Source of the DNA: an uncultured delta proteobacterium
GTDB taxonomy: Bacteria > Myxococcota_A > Polyangia > Polyangiales > B10-G4
Direction of reading: 5' to 3'
DNA: 64,000 bases
NCBI GenBank assembly: GCA_963727445.1
Contig: CAVSGI010000009.1
Coordinates: 736,001-800,000, forward strand
Of the stretch, positions 43,527 through 53,558 are shown one piece after another (positions within the stretch are counted from its first letter, which is position 1; every line of letters starts with the position of its first letter). The position numbers and the translations under genes are program-made. Below the pieces are notes generated by a model. The model ran no database searches, had not been told where the DNA came from, and worked only from the letters and a program-made list of their open reading frames with translations.

Positions 43527-44912
43527 TCAGGCGCGCAGGGTCGGCGCCTCGCTCTTCGTCGTCTTCGCCTCGGCGGCGCGCGGGCGCGTCTGTACACGGG
43601 CACGCAGGCCGGGACCCTTGGGCCGGAGCGTCACCGAAGGCGCCAGATCGAGCCGCTGGCCTGGCACCAGCTCGAGGTGATGGCGCTTCACGAAGATGGC
43701 GAGCATCAGCATCGCTTCCATCGTGGCGAAGTGATTGCCGATGCAGACGCGAGGGCCGCCGCCGAACGGGAAGAAGGCGTAGCGCGGGAGGGCGGCGGCC
43801 TTTTCGGGTGCCCAGCGATCGGGGTCGAAGGCCTCCGGGTTCGGGAAGAAGCGCGGGTCGCGGTGAACGACCCACTGGCTCATCAGGAGCTGCGCGCCCT
43901 TGGGGACGCGCACGCCGCGGAGCTCGAAGTCCTCGGTCGCCTCGCGGCCGGTGGTCCAGGCCGGCGGGTAGAGCCGCATCGACTCCTTGACCACGCGATC
44001 GAGATAGGGGAGCCGCTTGACGTCGGCCGCGGTCGGGAGCCGGTCGCCAAGCACTTCGTCGAGCTCGGCGACGACGCGGCGTTCGACGTCGGGATACTTG
44101 CCCAGGAGATAGAGCGTGTAGGCGAGGGTCAGAGCCGTGGTCTCGTGACCGGCCAAAAAGAGCGTGATGGACTCGTCGCGCAGCTGCTGGTCCGTCATGC
44201 CGGCACCGCCCTCGTCGAGGGCGTCGATCAGCGTTCCGAGCAGGTCGTCGCGCTCGTCGCCCGCGCGGCGGTCGGCGATGATCCGGTAGATGAGACCGTC
44301 GAGCTCTTCGATGGCCCGGTTGACGCGGACGTTGCGAGGCGTCGGAACCCATCCCGGGAGCTTGAGGACGGCCTCGACGCTGTTCGCGTAGTACTCGTTG
44401 ATGACCTCCATGGACTCGCGCACGCGCACGACCTCGGCGTGGCCGATGTTGGCGCCGAAGAGCACCTCGGCGACCACCTCCATCGTCAGCCGCGACATCT
44501 CCTGGTGCAGGTTCACCTCGTCACCGTCACGCCAGGTGAGGCCGCGGTCGGTGACCTTCACCATGGTCTCGGCGTAGGTTCGGATGCGCTTCGGCGTGAA
44601 GGCTTGTGCCATCAGCTTGCGCTGGCGCTTCCAGAGCTCCCCGTCGCTGGTGAGCAGTCCCATCCCCAGCGTTCGCTGAAGGATCTCGACGTACTCGTCG
44701 CGGCCCATGATCGACGCGTTCTTGACGATGCAGGTCTCGATGTCTTCGGGGTTGCTGACCAGGAACCAGGGCTTGCCGAGGATGGTCATCTCGGCGAAGT
44801 CGCCGTAGCGCTCGCGCGTCTCGGTCAAGAAGTCGAGGGAGCTCTTCGTGAAGCGAAAGACGTTTCGAAAACCGAAGATGCCCTTTGGTCCTGGTGCCCT
44901 CATCTCGTTCAT
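43527..44912 (-). CDS. Cytochrome P450
   Basis: GLLTSDGELWKRQR, AGHETT, ExxR (ESMR), FDPDRW, FGGGPRVCIG heme ligand; ATGA coupled to the TetR gene. Confidence 0.97.
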   Translation of the reverse strand: MNEMRAPGPKGIFGFRNVFRFTKSSLDFLTETRERYGDFAEMTILGKPWFLVSNPEDIETCIVKNASIMGRDEYVEILQRTLGMGLLTSDGELWKRQRKLMAQAFTPKRIRTYAETMVKVTDRGLTWRDGDEVNLHQEMSRLTMEVVAEVLFGANIGHAEVVRVRESMEVINEYYANSVEAVLKLPGWVPTPRNVRVNRAIEELDGLIYRIIADRRAGDERDDLLGTLIDALDEGGAGMTDQQLRDESITLFLAGHETTALTLAYTLYLLGKYPDVERRVVAELDEVLGDRLPTAADVKRLPYLDRVVKESMRLYPPAWTTGREATEDFELRGVRVPKGAQLLMSQWVVHRDPRFFPNPEAFDPDRWAPEKAAALPRYAFFPFGGGPRVCIGNHFATMEAMLMLAIFVKRHHLELVPGQRLDLAPSVTLRPKGPGLRARVQTRPRAAEAKTTKSEAPTLRA

Positions 44913-45539
44913 CGCGTTCCCTCCGGCTCGCCGATCCGGCGAAAGAGATCGACCATCATCTTCGCGGTCGCCTCGACGTCTTCTTCACCCAGCTGCTCCC
45001 AGCGCTCCGCCAGCCAGCGGTCCCCCGCTTCCATCAGCGAGAGCGAGGCGTGGGTCAGAAGGTCCGCGGGCAGATCCTCGCGCACCGCGCCCACCGCCTG
45101 ACCCTGGGCGATCAGCGCACGGGTGAACTCGCTCATCCGCTCCTGGAGCTCGAGGAGGACCGGATGACCCCCGCCCTGCATCCGCGCGTTGGTGATGCTG
45201 AGGCAGAGAGCCGCGTTCGTCGGGTCCTCCATCATGAAGCGCAGGCTCCGCGCATAGATGGCTTCGCACTCGCCCCAGAAGGTCTCCGCGTCGTCCGCCT
45301 CGAAGGGGCGCACCACCTCGGTGAACCAGACCGTGAGCGCCGTGTGCAGGACGGTGACGAAGAGGTCGTCCTTGTCGGCGAAGTAGTAGTACATCGCGCC
45401 CTTGCTGATGCCGGCGCGGCTCGATGATCTGGTTGTAGGAGGCGCTGTCGAAGCCCCGCTCCCCGAACTCCTGGGCCGCCGCGGCCAGGATGGCCTTCTT
45501 TCGGGGCTCTTCGAGCTTGTCGAATCGGGGAAGGGGCAT
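44909..45539 (-). CDS. TetR/AcrR family regulator; one extra base near 45418
   Basis: ILAAAAQEFGERGFDSASYNQIIE joins RAGISKGAMYYYFADKDDLF if one G of 45418-45419 is removed. Confidence 0.9.
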
Positions 45540-45542
45540 TTG

Positions 45543-45569
45543 AGACCACCCGGTTCGACCGGGTGGTCT
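45543..45569. promoter_or_regulatory. Perfect 12-bp inverted repeat, probable TetR autoregulatory operator
   Basis: AGACCACCCGGT-TCG-ACCGGGTGGTCT, 3 nt upstream of the TetR ATG. Minus-strand TTGACG (45599-45594)-17 nt-CAGCAT (45576-45571) lies just upstream. Confidence 0.8.
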
Positions 45570-45636
45570 AATGCTGGATCCGAGCTATCTCGGCGTCAAG
45601 AGGTCGTGGAAAGATCAGCCGAGATATCCTCGGGCG

Positions 45637-47859
45637 ATGCTCTCTCGGCCCTCTCTCTTCGCGGCTCTCGTCTGCCTCGTCGCCTGCTCCGACCACGGCG
45701 GCAGCGGCGGGTTGGGCTCGCCCTGCGCCTCCACCGCCGAGTGCAACGACGGCCTCACCTGCGTCGACGGCGCCTGCGAGGGGGCGGGCGACGCGAGCGC
45801 CGACACCGGCGGCGGCGACAGCGGTGGGCGCGACACCGGCCCGACCTGCGCGGTCGCGGACCGCTGCGGTGGGGGCTGCTGCGATCCGCTGACCGAGGAG
45901 TGTGTCGCCGACAGCTGCATGCCCCTGTGCGCCTCTGGTCTGCGTTGCGGTCCCGCGGCGACGTGCTGCGCTGCGGACGATCTCTGCATCGCGGACGCGT
46001 GCACCACGCCCGGCGATCCGTGCGCCGATCCCATCGACTGCGCGAGCGACCAATACTGCGACCCGAGCCTCGGCCGCTGTCTGCCGCGCCGCGCTGGTCG
46101 CTGCGAGTACTTCCCACCCACCGGCGTCCTCGAGCCGGTGCAGCAGTGGCATTGGAGCACGAGCGAGACCTCGCCGGCCTCCGTCAACGTGATGATGACG
46201 CCGGTGGTCGGCGACCTCGACGGGGACGAGATCCCCGAGGTCGTCTTCGTGACCTACACGTCGGGCCCCAGCTACAGCGGGCCGGGGGTGCTGCGCGCGG
46301 TGCACGGCGATGACGGCACCGAGCTCTTCAGCGTCTCCATGCCCGCCATCTGCGGCGACTCGGGCGTCGCCCTCGGTGATCTCGACGGTGATGGCTCGCC
46401 GGAGATCGTGGTCGCGGGGCCCTGTCTCACCGGCGGCCGGGTGCACGCCTTCGACGCCACCGGGACCCATCTGTGGTCGGGCACCAACGCCGACGGAACC
46501 CCGGACGAGTTCAACTTGGACTTCGGCGCCCCCAGCATCGCCGACCTCGAAGGAGACGGTAGCGCCGAGGTCATCGTCGGCGGCACCGTGTACGAGAGCG
46601 ACGGGACGGTTCGCTTCGCCAACCGCACCACGGGCTTCAACTGCTGCAGCGGCACGCCGCGATCTTCGGTCACCACCGCCTACGACGTCGACGGGGATGG
46701 AGAGCTCGAGATCGTGGGGCCCAACGTGGTGTGGAATGCAGACGGTTCGGCGCTCTGGGACATGCCCGCGGCCCCGGAAGGCTTCATCGCCGTCGCCGAC
46801 TTCTTCGAGGACGACCAGCCCGACATCGTGGTGGTCAGCGACGGCAGCGTCAGCCTTCTCGACGGCTCCGACGGCTCGGTCACCTGGCCTGCGGTGGCGA
46901 TCCCCGGCGCAGGCCGGGGCGGTCCGCCCACCGTGGCCGACTTCGACGGAGACGGCCTGCCCGAGATCGGCGTCGCCGGCGCCGCTTCGTACTCGGTCTA
47001 CGACCCGGACGGTGACATGGCCATCCTCTGGAGCCAGCCCACGCAGGACGCGAGCTCCAACATCACCGGCAGCAGCGTCTTCGACTTCGACGGAGACGGC
47101 CGCGCGGAGGTCGTCTACAACGACGAGTGCTACATGCGCGTCTACGCAGGTGCCGACGGTACGGTGCTGGCGCAGGTCCCGCAGAACTCGCACACCCTCA
47201 TCGAGTATCCCCTCATCGTCGACGTCGACGGAGACGGCAACACCGAGATCGTCTTCGCCGCGAACGCCGAGGTGGATCGCTGCACTGCGATCCCCGGCTA
47301 CACCGGCCTGTTGGCGGGCATCCGCGTCTTCGAGGACGCGATGGACAACTGGGTCGGCACCCGGCGCGTGTGGAACCAGCACGCTTACAGCATCTCGCAC
47401 GTGCGCGAGGACCTGAGCATCCCGATGGCGGTGGCGCCGAACTGGGAGCGCTGGAACAGCTTCCGGCAGAACCCCCAGAGCTTCGACGCGCCCGACCTGG
47501 TCGGCGCGGATGCGACGGGCGACGGCTCGGCCTGCCCGGTCACCCTGACCCTGAGCGCGACCGTCACCAACGACGGTGCGGCGACGGTGGGGCCGGGGCT
47601 CAGCGTGAGCTTCTACGTGGGAACGCCGGCGGCCCCCGGCCGGCTCCTCGGCACCGCGACGACCACGCGGATCCTGGCGCCGGGAGGCTCAGAGATCGTG
47701 ACCCTCTCCGTCGCCCCGAGCGCCGCGGAGCAGACCGGGATGCCGATCGACTTCTTCGTCGTGGCAGACGATCTCGGCGACGGCACGGGCGAGCACAACG
47801 AGTGCATCGAAGACAACAACACCACCGCCGGCACCTTCACCTGCGCCGGGATCATGTAG
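45637..47859 (+). CDS. Surface lipoprotein: Cys-rich region, FG-GAP/VCBS Ca-binding propeller, CARDB-like C-domain
   Basis: Lipobox LVAC; repeated GDLDGDGxPEIV; TRRVWNQHAY; PDLV...TVTNDG...ECIEDNN. Confidence 0.9.
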   Translation: MLSRPSLFAALVCLVACSDHGGSGGLGSPCASTAECNDGLTCVDGACEGAGDASADTGGGDSGGRDTGPTCAVADRCGGGCCDPLTEECVADSCMPLCASGLRCGPAATCCAADDLCIADACTTPGDPCADPIDCASDQYCDPSLGRCLPRRAGRCEYFPPTGVLEPVQQWHWSTSETSPASVNVMMTPVVGDLDGDEIPEVVFVTYTSGPSYSGPGVLRAVHGDDGTELFSVSMPAICGDSGVALGDLDGDGSPEIVVAGPCLTGGRVHAFDATGTHLWSGTNADGTPDEFNLDFGAPSIADLEGDGSAEVIVGGTVYESDGTVRFANRTTGFNCCSGTPRSSVTTAYDVDGDGELEIVGPNVVWNADGSALWDMPAAPEGFIAVADFFEDDQPDIVVVSDGSVSLLDGSDGSVTWPAVAIPGAGRGGPPTVADFDGDGLPEIGVAGAASYSVYDPDGDMAILWSQPTQDASSNITGSSVFDFDGDGRAEVVYNDECYMRVYAGADGTVLAQVPQNSHTLIEYPLIVDVDGDGNTEIVFAANAEVDRCTAIPGYTGLLAGIRVFEDAMDNWVGTRRVWNQHAYSISHVREDLSIPMAVAPNWERWNSFRQNPQSFDAPDLVGADATGDGSACPVTLTLSATVTNDGAATVGPGLSVSFYVGTPAAPGRLLGTATTTRILAPGGSEIVTLSVAPSAAEQTGMPIDFFVVADDLGDGTGEHNECIEDNNTTAGTFTCAGIM

Positions 47860-47864
47860 GCGTC

Positions 47865-49482
47865 TTGGGCTCTCGGATCCGCGGCATCGCCCTTCTTCTC
47901 GCGGGCATCTCCATGCTCTCGGCCAGTTGTGCCGAGCGCCCGCAGATCGCGTATTCGGAGGGCTGCGAGCTGACGACGGATTGCGCGCCGCCCTTCGTCT
48001 GCCGTCTGGGCGCATGCCGAGAGGCGTGCCGGCAGCCGCGGGATTGCCGACCGGGCACCACCTGCGTGCGCGACCCCGAGCACTTCGGCGTCTGCCAGCT
48101 CGAGGACGAGACCGAGTGCACGCTCAACAGCGATTGCCCGACGGGGCTGGTCTGTCACTTCGGACAATGCACCAACGAGTGCATGAACGATCGCGATTGC
48201 ATCGCGGGGCTCCTCTGCGTGCCCGACGACGCCGGCACGCAGCTCGCCTGCAACGACCCCTACGAAGACGAGTGCAGCATCAGCAGCGACTGCGGCGACG
48301 TGCTCGTCTGCGCTCGCGACGGCCGGTGTCGCGAAGAGTGCCGGGAGGATCGCGATTGCCGCGACGGTAGAATCTGCGACACGAGCGCCGATCCGCGCGT
48401 GTGCGTGCTGCCGAACCCGCTCGACCGCCCACCGCCGCCCGTCACCTTCGCGGCGGGCGGGGCGACGACCTGCGCGCTCAGCGCGGACCGCCTCCAGCTC
48501 CGCTGCTTCGGGCGCAACACCAGCGGGGAGGTGGGGGATGGAACCACCTCCCCGTCGGCGCCGCCGGGGAACGTGCTCGTGGGCATCGCGGTGGCCGACG
48601 TGGACATGGGCGAGACCCACGCCTGCGCCATCGACGACGCGCTGAAGTGTTGGGGCGGTGGCGCTGAGGGACAGCTCGGTCTGGGCGCCGCGACGACGAT
48701 GGCGCTCTCGCCCACCGACGTCCCGATGCTCGCGGGGGCCCTGGGCGTCGCCACCGGCTTTGCGCATTCCTGCGCGTGGACCGCGACCGAGCTCCGCTGT
48801 TGGGGGCAGAACGACCTGGGGCAGCTGGGGGACGGCACCCTGGAGACGCGTTTCTCGCCCGGCGACGCGCTTGCCATGGTGAGCCCGGTCGTCGACGCTG
48901 CGGGCGGCGGGGGGCACACCTGCGCCGTTCGCGACGACGGCACGCTCTTCTGCTGGGGCGACAACGAAAACGGTCAGCTCGGTGACGGGACGACCACACG
49001 GCACCTCGTCCCCACCCGCGCGCTCGTCTCCGACGTGGTCGCGGTGGTCGCGGGCGAGCTCCACACCTGCGCGCTACGTCGCGATCGCCAGGTGCGCTGC
49101 TGGGGTTCGAACAATGCGGGTCAGACCGGCAGTGGCACGACGGCGGCGGTGTCGGGCGTGGTGGCGCCCACGGGGCTCGCGCCGGTGATCCGAGATCACG
49201 GCGGGGGCCGAGCACACCTGCGTGCTCGAGGAGGGCGGAGTCGTGAAGTGCTTCGGCCTCGGGGACCGCGGTCAGCTGGGGTCGATGCCTGGCGAGGGCT
49301 TCGCTACCTCGCCCGTCGTGGTGGACCTGCCGGGGCCAGCAGCCGAGATCAGGGCGGGCCACTACCACACCTGCGCTCGTCTCGCGGACGGCTCCGCCTA
49401 CTGCTTCGGAGCCAATGATGCAGGACAATTCGGGGCTTCCGGGCCGGGCGGGGCCACGCCGGTGCTCACCACCGCGCTCTAG
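47865..49482 (+). CDS. Lipoprotein with CxxxxDC repeats and RCC1/BLIP-II propeller; one extra base near 49190
   Basis: Lipobox SASC; repeated HTCA...CWGxNxxGQLGDG; joins track ORF 49222..49482 if one C of 49190-49191 is removed. TTG start inferred. Confidence 0.85.
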
Positions 49483-49532
49483 CTGCGCAGGGGATTGTGC
49501 TTTTCGGCCACTTTCGGCGATAGTCCCCGCCC

Positions 49533-50048
<516 letters not shown>

Positions 50049-51335
50049 TCAGGTCGCGATCAGCCACCAGAGCACGGCCGCACCGCCCAATAGGAAGGCG
50101 AAGGCGAGGCCGACCAGGATCCCGAGAACGAAGCCGCTCATCGACGAGGTGGACGGCTGCGCCGGGTACTGCGCCGAGACCGGGGCCGATGGGGCCTCGC
50201 TCCAGGTGGGGGCCGGTGTCGATGGAGGCGGAGGCGGGGGAGAGAAGTCCGGCTTCCTCGTGGAGGGGCGCTCCCCCGAATCCGCCAGCGGCTCGATGTC
50301 GGCGGGAACGCGAGGGCTGCTGGGGAGCGGCTGCGCCTTGGCGAGGCCCTGCGCCGTCAGCCCCGGCGGGGGCGCCAGGCTGTCCATGTCGTCGCTGCTG
50401 AAGGGCGAGGGCGTGCGCGTGGTGGCGTTTTCGTACTCTTCCCACTCGAGCCCGAGCGGAGCAGCACCCTTGTTGCGAAGCCCCTCTGCCATCTGCGCCG
50501 CCGTCTGCCAGCGCTTGGCCGGATCGCGCTCGAGGGCTCCGTCCACCATGCTGATGAGCCACGGCGGGAGCCCTTCCGACATGTCGGCGAGGCTCGGCGG
50601 CGTTTGTGAGAGCAGCTTGAGGATGAGCTTGTTGTAGTTGTCGGCGTCGAAAGGCGGCTCACCCGCGAGGGCGTGGAAGAGCATCGCGCCGGTGGACCAC
50701 ACGTCGGCGCGCCGATCCGTGTCGTCACCGGCGGCCTGTTCTGGCGCCATGTAATAAGGCGTGCCCACGACGTGACCCTGCTGGGTGTTGTAGAGCGAGC
50801 CGCCGCGCCGGAGATTCTTCGCGACGCCGAAGTCGAGGAGCTTCACCCGGAGGTTGCCGTGCTCGTCGCGGGTCAGGAAGACGTTCTCGGGTTTGACGTC
50901 GCGATGGATGATGCCGCGCTCGTGTGCCGCGTGCAGACCTTGCAAAGTCTGGATGCCAATCTCCACCACTTCGGGAACGGAGAGGTCTTCCTTCTCCATC
51001 GCCTCGGCGAGGTCGCGCCCTTCGAGGAGCTCGAGGACCAGGTAGAGAGTGCCGTCCGGTTCTTCTCCGGCGTCGTAGACGTCGCAGACCGACTGGTGTC
51101 CGATCTCGGCGGCGGCCCGGGCTTCGCGCAGGAAGCGCTCCGCGTAGCCCGGGATGTTGGAGTGGCTCTTGTTGAGCACCTTGAGCGCGCAGTGGCGTCC
51201 CGTGAAGGAGTGCTGCGCGGCATAGACGACACCCATGCCCCCCACTCCAAGCACACGCCTCAGCAGATATTTGCCGTCGATCGTGGAACCGACCGGCAGA
51301 TGTCCTTCGGGCAACTCTAGGCTCGCTTGAGCCAT
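50049..51335 (-). CDS. Ser/Thr protein kinase with Pro-rich linker and C-terminal membrane anchor
   Basis: LGVGGMGVVY, ALKVL, HRDVKPEN, DFG, GTPYYMAPE; terminal TM with essentially no external domain. Confidence 0.93.
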   Translation of the reverse strand: MAQASLELPEGHLPVGSTIDGKYLLRRVLGVGGMGVVYAAQHSFTGRHCALKVLNKSHSNIPGYAERFLREARAAAEIGHQSVCDVYDAGEEPDGTLYLVLELLEGRDLAEAMEKEDLSVPEVVEIGIQTLQGLHAAHERGIIHRDVKPENVFLTRDEHGNLRVKLLDFGVAKNLRRGGSLYNTQQGHVVGTPYYMAPEQAAGDDTDRRADVWSTGAMLFHALAGEPPFDADNYNKLILKLLSQTPPSLADMSEGLPPWLISMVDGALERDPAKRWQTAAQMAEGLRNKGAAPLGLEWEEYENATTRTPSPFSSDDMDSLAPPPGLTAQGLAKAQPLPSSPRVPADIEPLADSGERPSTRKPDFSPPPPPPSTPAPTWSEAPSAPVSAQYPAQPSTSSMSGFVLGILVGLAFAFLLGGAAVLWWLIAT

Positions 51336-51461
51336 TCCCCTCCTAGTTCAGGCAGTCATCTTACGAGTTAGTACGACTCAGGTTGCATGATCTGCCGCGT
51401 CGCCGGCCAATTCGGTACGACGGTGAGGGGAGATGTAGGTGCACCTCGCCTTGGCAGCAGG

Positions 51462-53000
51462 TCAGAGCGAAAAGAAGTCTCGAATGCGTTTCAGGAGCTC
51501 GGCGCTCCGTTCATGCGAGGTATCGACTTCGCTCTTACGGTCCGTATTCGCGACTTTGTCGAGCTCTTTTTCGCGTTCGGCGAGCTCGACGCTGAGCCGC
51601 TGCATCAGCTCCGGCTGCACGTCGAAGACGCGATGAAACGCCTCTTTGCCGAGGGCCATCAGCTCACACTCTCCGACTGACCGAACGGTCGCCTTGCGCT
51701 TCTCGCCCGTCATCAGGGACATCTCGCCGAAGAACTCGCCGGCATCGAGGCGGGCGACCTCGATCTCGCGGGAGCGCTTGTTGGCGTGCTGGACGTGCAC
51801 GGTCACGGCGCCGCGCACCACGATGTAGAGCTCGCTGTCGGCGTCCCCCTGCCGGATGACCGCTTCGCCAGCATCGTAGAGGCGCGTCTCACTTCCCTCC
51901 GCGAGGGCGCGCAGCGCGTCATCCGGGAGCCCGGAGAGGAACTGCACCCGGCGCAGATACGCCATGCGCTCGGTGACGTGGCGCTCCTGTTCTTCGCGCG
52001 CTTCCTCCTTGGTCCCTTCATGAAGCTCGATGAAACGTTGCGGCACGGGGATGTCGATGCCCTCGCGGTGCAGGGCGTACCAGGCGCGCTCGCGCACCGC
52101 GGCGTCGATGGTCTCTCGCTCGAGGAACTCGCGAATGAAGTAGCGGACCTGGTACTGCACGCCGCGGTCGGAGAAGTCGTAGGGGATGACGCTCGGCGCG
52201 GGATCGTCGAGGACGCCGGGCACGTCCTTGATGGCGCGGAGGATCAAGCGTTCCACGCGGCGCGGAGGCACGCGGTAGGGCGCGTAGGCGAAGACCGTGC
52301 GACGCGCCTCGATCATGGGCTTGGTGAAGTTGCGGATCGGTGCGCGGGCGAGCTGGTTGTTGGGGACGATCACCTCGATCTGATCGAGGGTCAGCACTTT
52401 CGCAGCGCGCCAGTTGATCTCGACGACCATCCCGGTGTTGGACTCCTTGTCGTCGAACTGGATCCAGTCGCCGACCTCGAAGGGCCGCTGTACCTGGATG
52501 GCGAGACCGGCGAAGAGGTTGCCGAGGGTGTCTTGAAGAGAGAGGCCGACGACCGCGGTGAGCAGGGCGCTGGTCGTCAGGAGCGAGTCCATCGCGACGC
52601 CGGCGGCGCTCAAGGTCACGAAGAGGGCCGCTGCGTAGATGGTGCCCTGGATGATGTCCGTGAAGATCTTGGGCAGCGGCCGGGTGGCGCCCCGGTTCAC
52701 CATCGAATGGATCGTGACCAGCACGCCCGTGCGGCCGATGGAGATGAGCAGGAGGAAGAGCGCCGCGAGCCCCATCCAGCTGTGGATCCGGGTGTCCTCC
52801 GTCAGGAGTTGCCGAATCGCCATCAGCGCGACGTGGACGACGAAGGCGGCGAAGGGGAGCCGGAGGCTCCGGCGCTGGCCTTTGGGAAGCAGCAGCCGGC
52901 CGAGCACCAGGAGCACGATCGCGATCAGGACGCCGGTCGTGTAGGCCGAGGTCTGGTCAGAGAGCCCGAGGATCTCGATGAGGTGTTCGAAGGGTCTCAC
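51462..53000 (-). CDS. MscS-family channel with C-terminal cyclic-nucleotide-binding domain
   Basis: VGLSLQDTLGNLFAG, RPFEVGDWI, VIVPNNQL; cNMP motifs IRQGD...LYIVVRG...GEFFGEMSLMTGEKRKATV. Confidence 0.93.
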   Translation of the reverse strand: MRPFEHLIEILGLSDQTSAYTTGVLIAIVLLVLGRLLLPKGQRRSLRLPFAAFVVHVALMAIRQLLTEDTRIHSWMGLAALFLLLISIGRTGVLVTIHSMVNRGATRPLPKIFTDIIQGTIYAAALFVTLSAAGVAMDSLLTTSALLTAVVGLSLQDTLGNLFAGLAIQVQRPFEVGDWIQFDDKESNTGMVVEINWRAAKVLTLDQIEVIVPNNQLARAPIRNFTKPMIEARRTVFAYAPYRVPPRRVERLILRAIKDVPGVLDDPAPSVIPYDFSDRGVQYQVRYFIREFLERETIDAAVRERAWYALHREGIDIPVPQRFIELHEGTKEEAREEQERHVTERMAYLRRVQFLSGLPDDALRALAEGSETRLYDAGEAVIRQGDADSELYIVVRGAVTVHVQHANKRSREIEVARLDAGEFFGEMSLMTGEKRKATVRSVGECELMALGKEAFHRVFDVQPELMQRLSVELAEREKELDKVANTDRKSEVDTSHERSAELLKRIRDFFSL

Positions 53001-53056
53001 GGCGGATCGCGCATCTTATACCCGATCCGTCGCCGGGCAGAGGAGCGACCACCACC

Positions 53057-53524
53057 TCAGTCGTCGCTCTCGCCTGACTGGACCTGGTCACGCTTTCGGC
53101 GTTTGAGCGTGAAAAGCCACAGTAGACCTCCGAAGAGCGTCACGGCGGCGGGTATCAAGAGGAGCTCCAACAGCGAGCCGTAGACCTCTGGCCAGTCTTC
53201 TTCGAGATCTCGGTCTTTGTCGTAGGTGCTCGCAAAGCGATCGGCATCTTCACTTCGATAGTGAATGGTCGTCACCTCGCCGAGCCCCGGACCGCCGGGG
53301 CCGCCGGTGGCGCTACGCGCCTGCACGGTGCGTCCGTCCGGCAGTTGAAACGCGAAGACCGCATACCCCCCACTGTTGTTCGATTGGCTGTCGGGCGTCT
53401 GGAACGTGACGATGTCCACCACTCGCCCCTCGGCGGTAGTCAGTCGGCTGTAAGTGTAGATCGCGTGACCCCACGCAAACGCTACACCGACCAGGATCAC
53501 CCCCCGCATCACCATGCGCGTCAT
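53057..53524 (-). CDS. Membrane protein, DUF3592-like
   Basis: TM - (TAEGRVVD...Y...F...DGRT...GEVTTIHY) - TM architecture; somewhat lower GC than neighbours. Confidence 0.65.
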   Translation of the reverse strand: MTRMVMRGVILVGVAFAWGHAIYTYSRLTTAEGRVVDIVTFQTPDSQSNNSGGYAVFAFQLPDGRTVQARSATGGPGGPGLGEVTTIHYRSEDADRFASTYDKDRDLEEDWPEVYGSLLELLLIPAAVTLFGGLLWLFTLKRRKRDQVQSGESDD

Positions 53525-53558
53525 CGGTGGATCACCTTCATCGGATGGGAGCTCCAGT

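Noticed and set aside
53057..53524. Lower-GC gene as a mobile island
   Set aside because: Single short gene with no integrase, transposase or flanking direct repeats visible.
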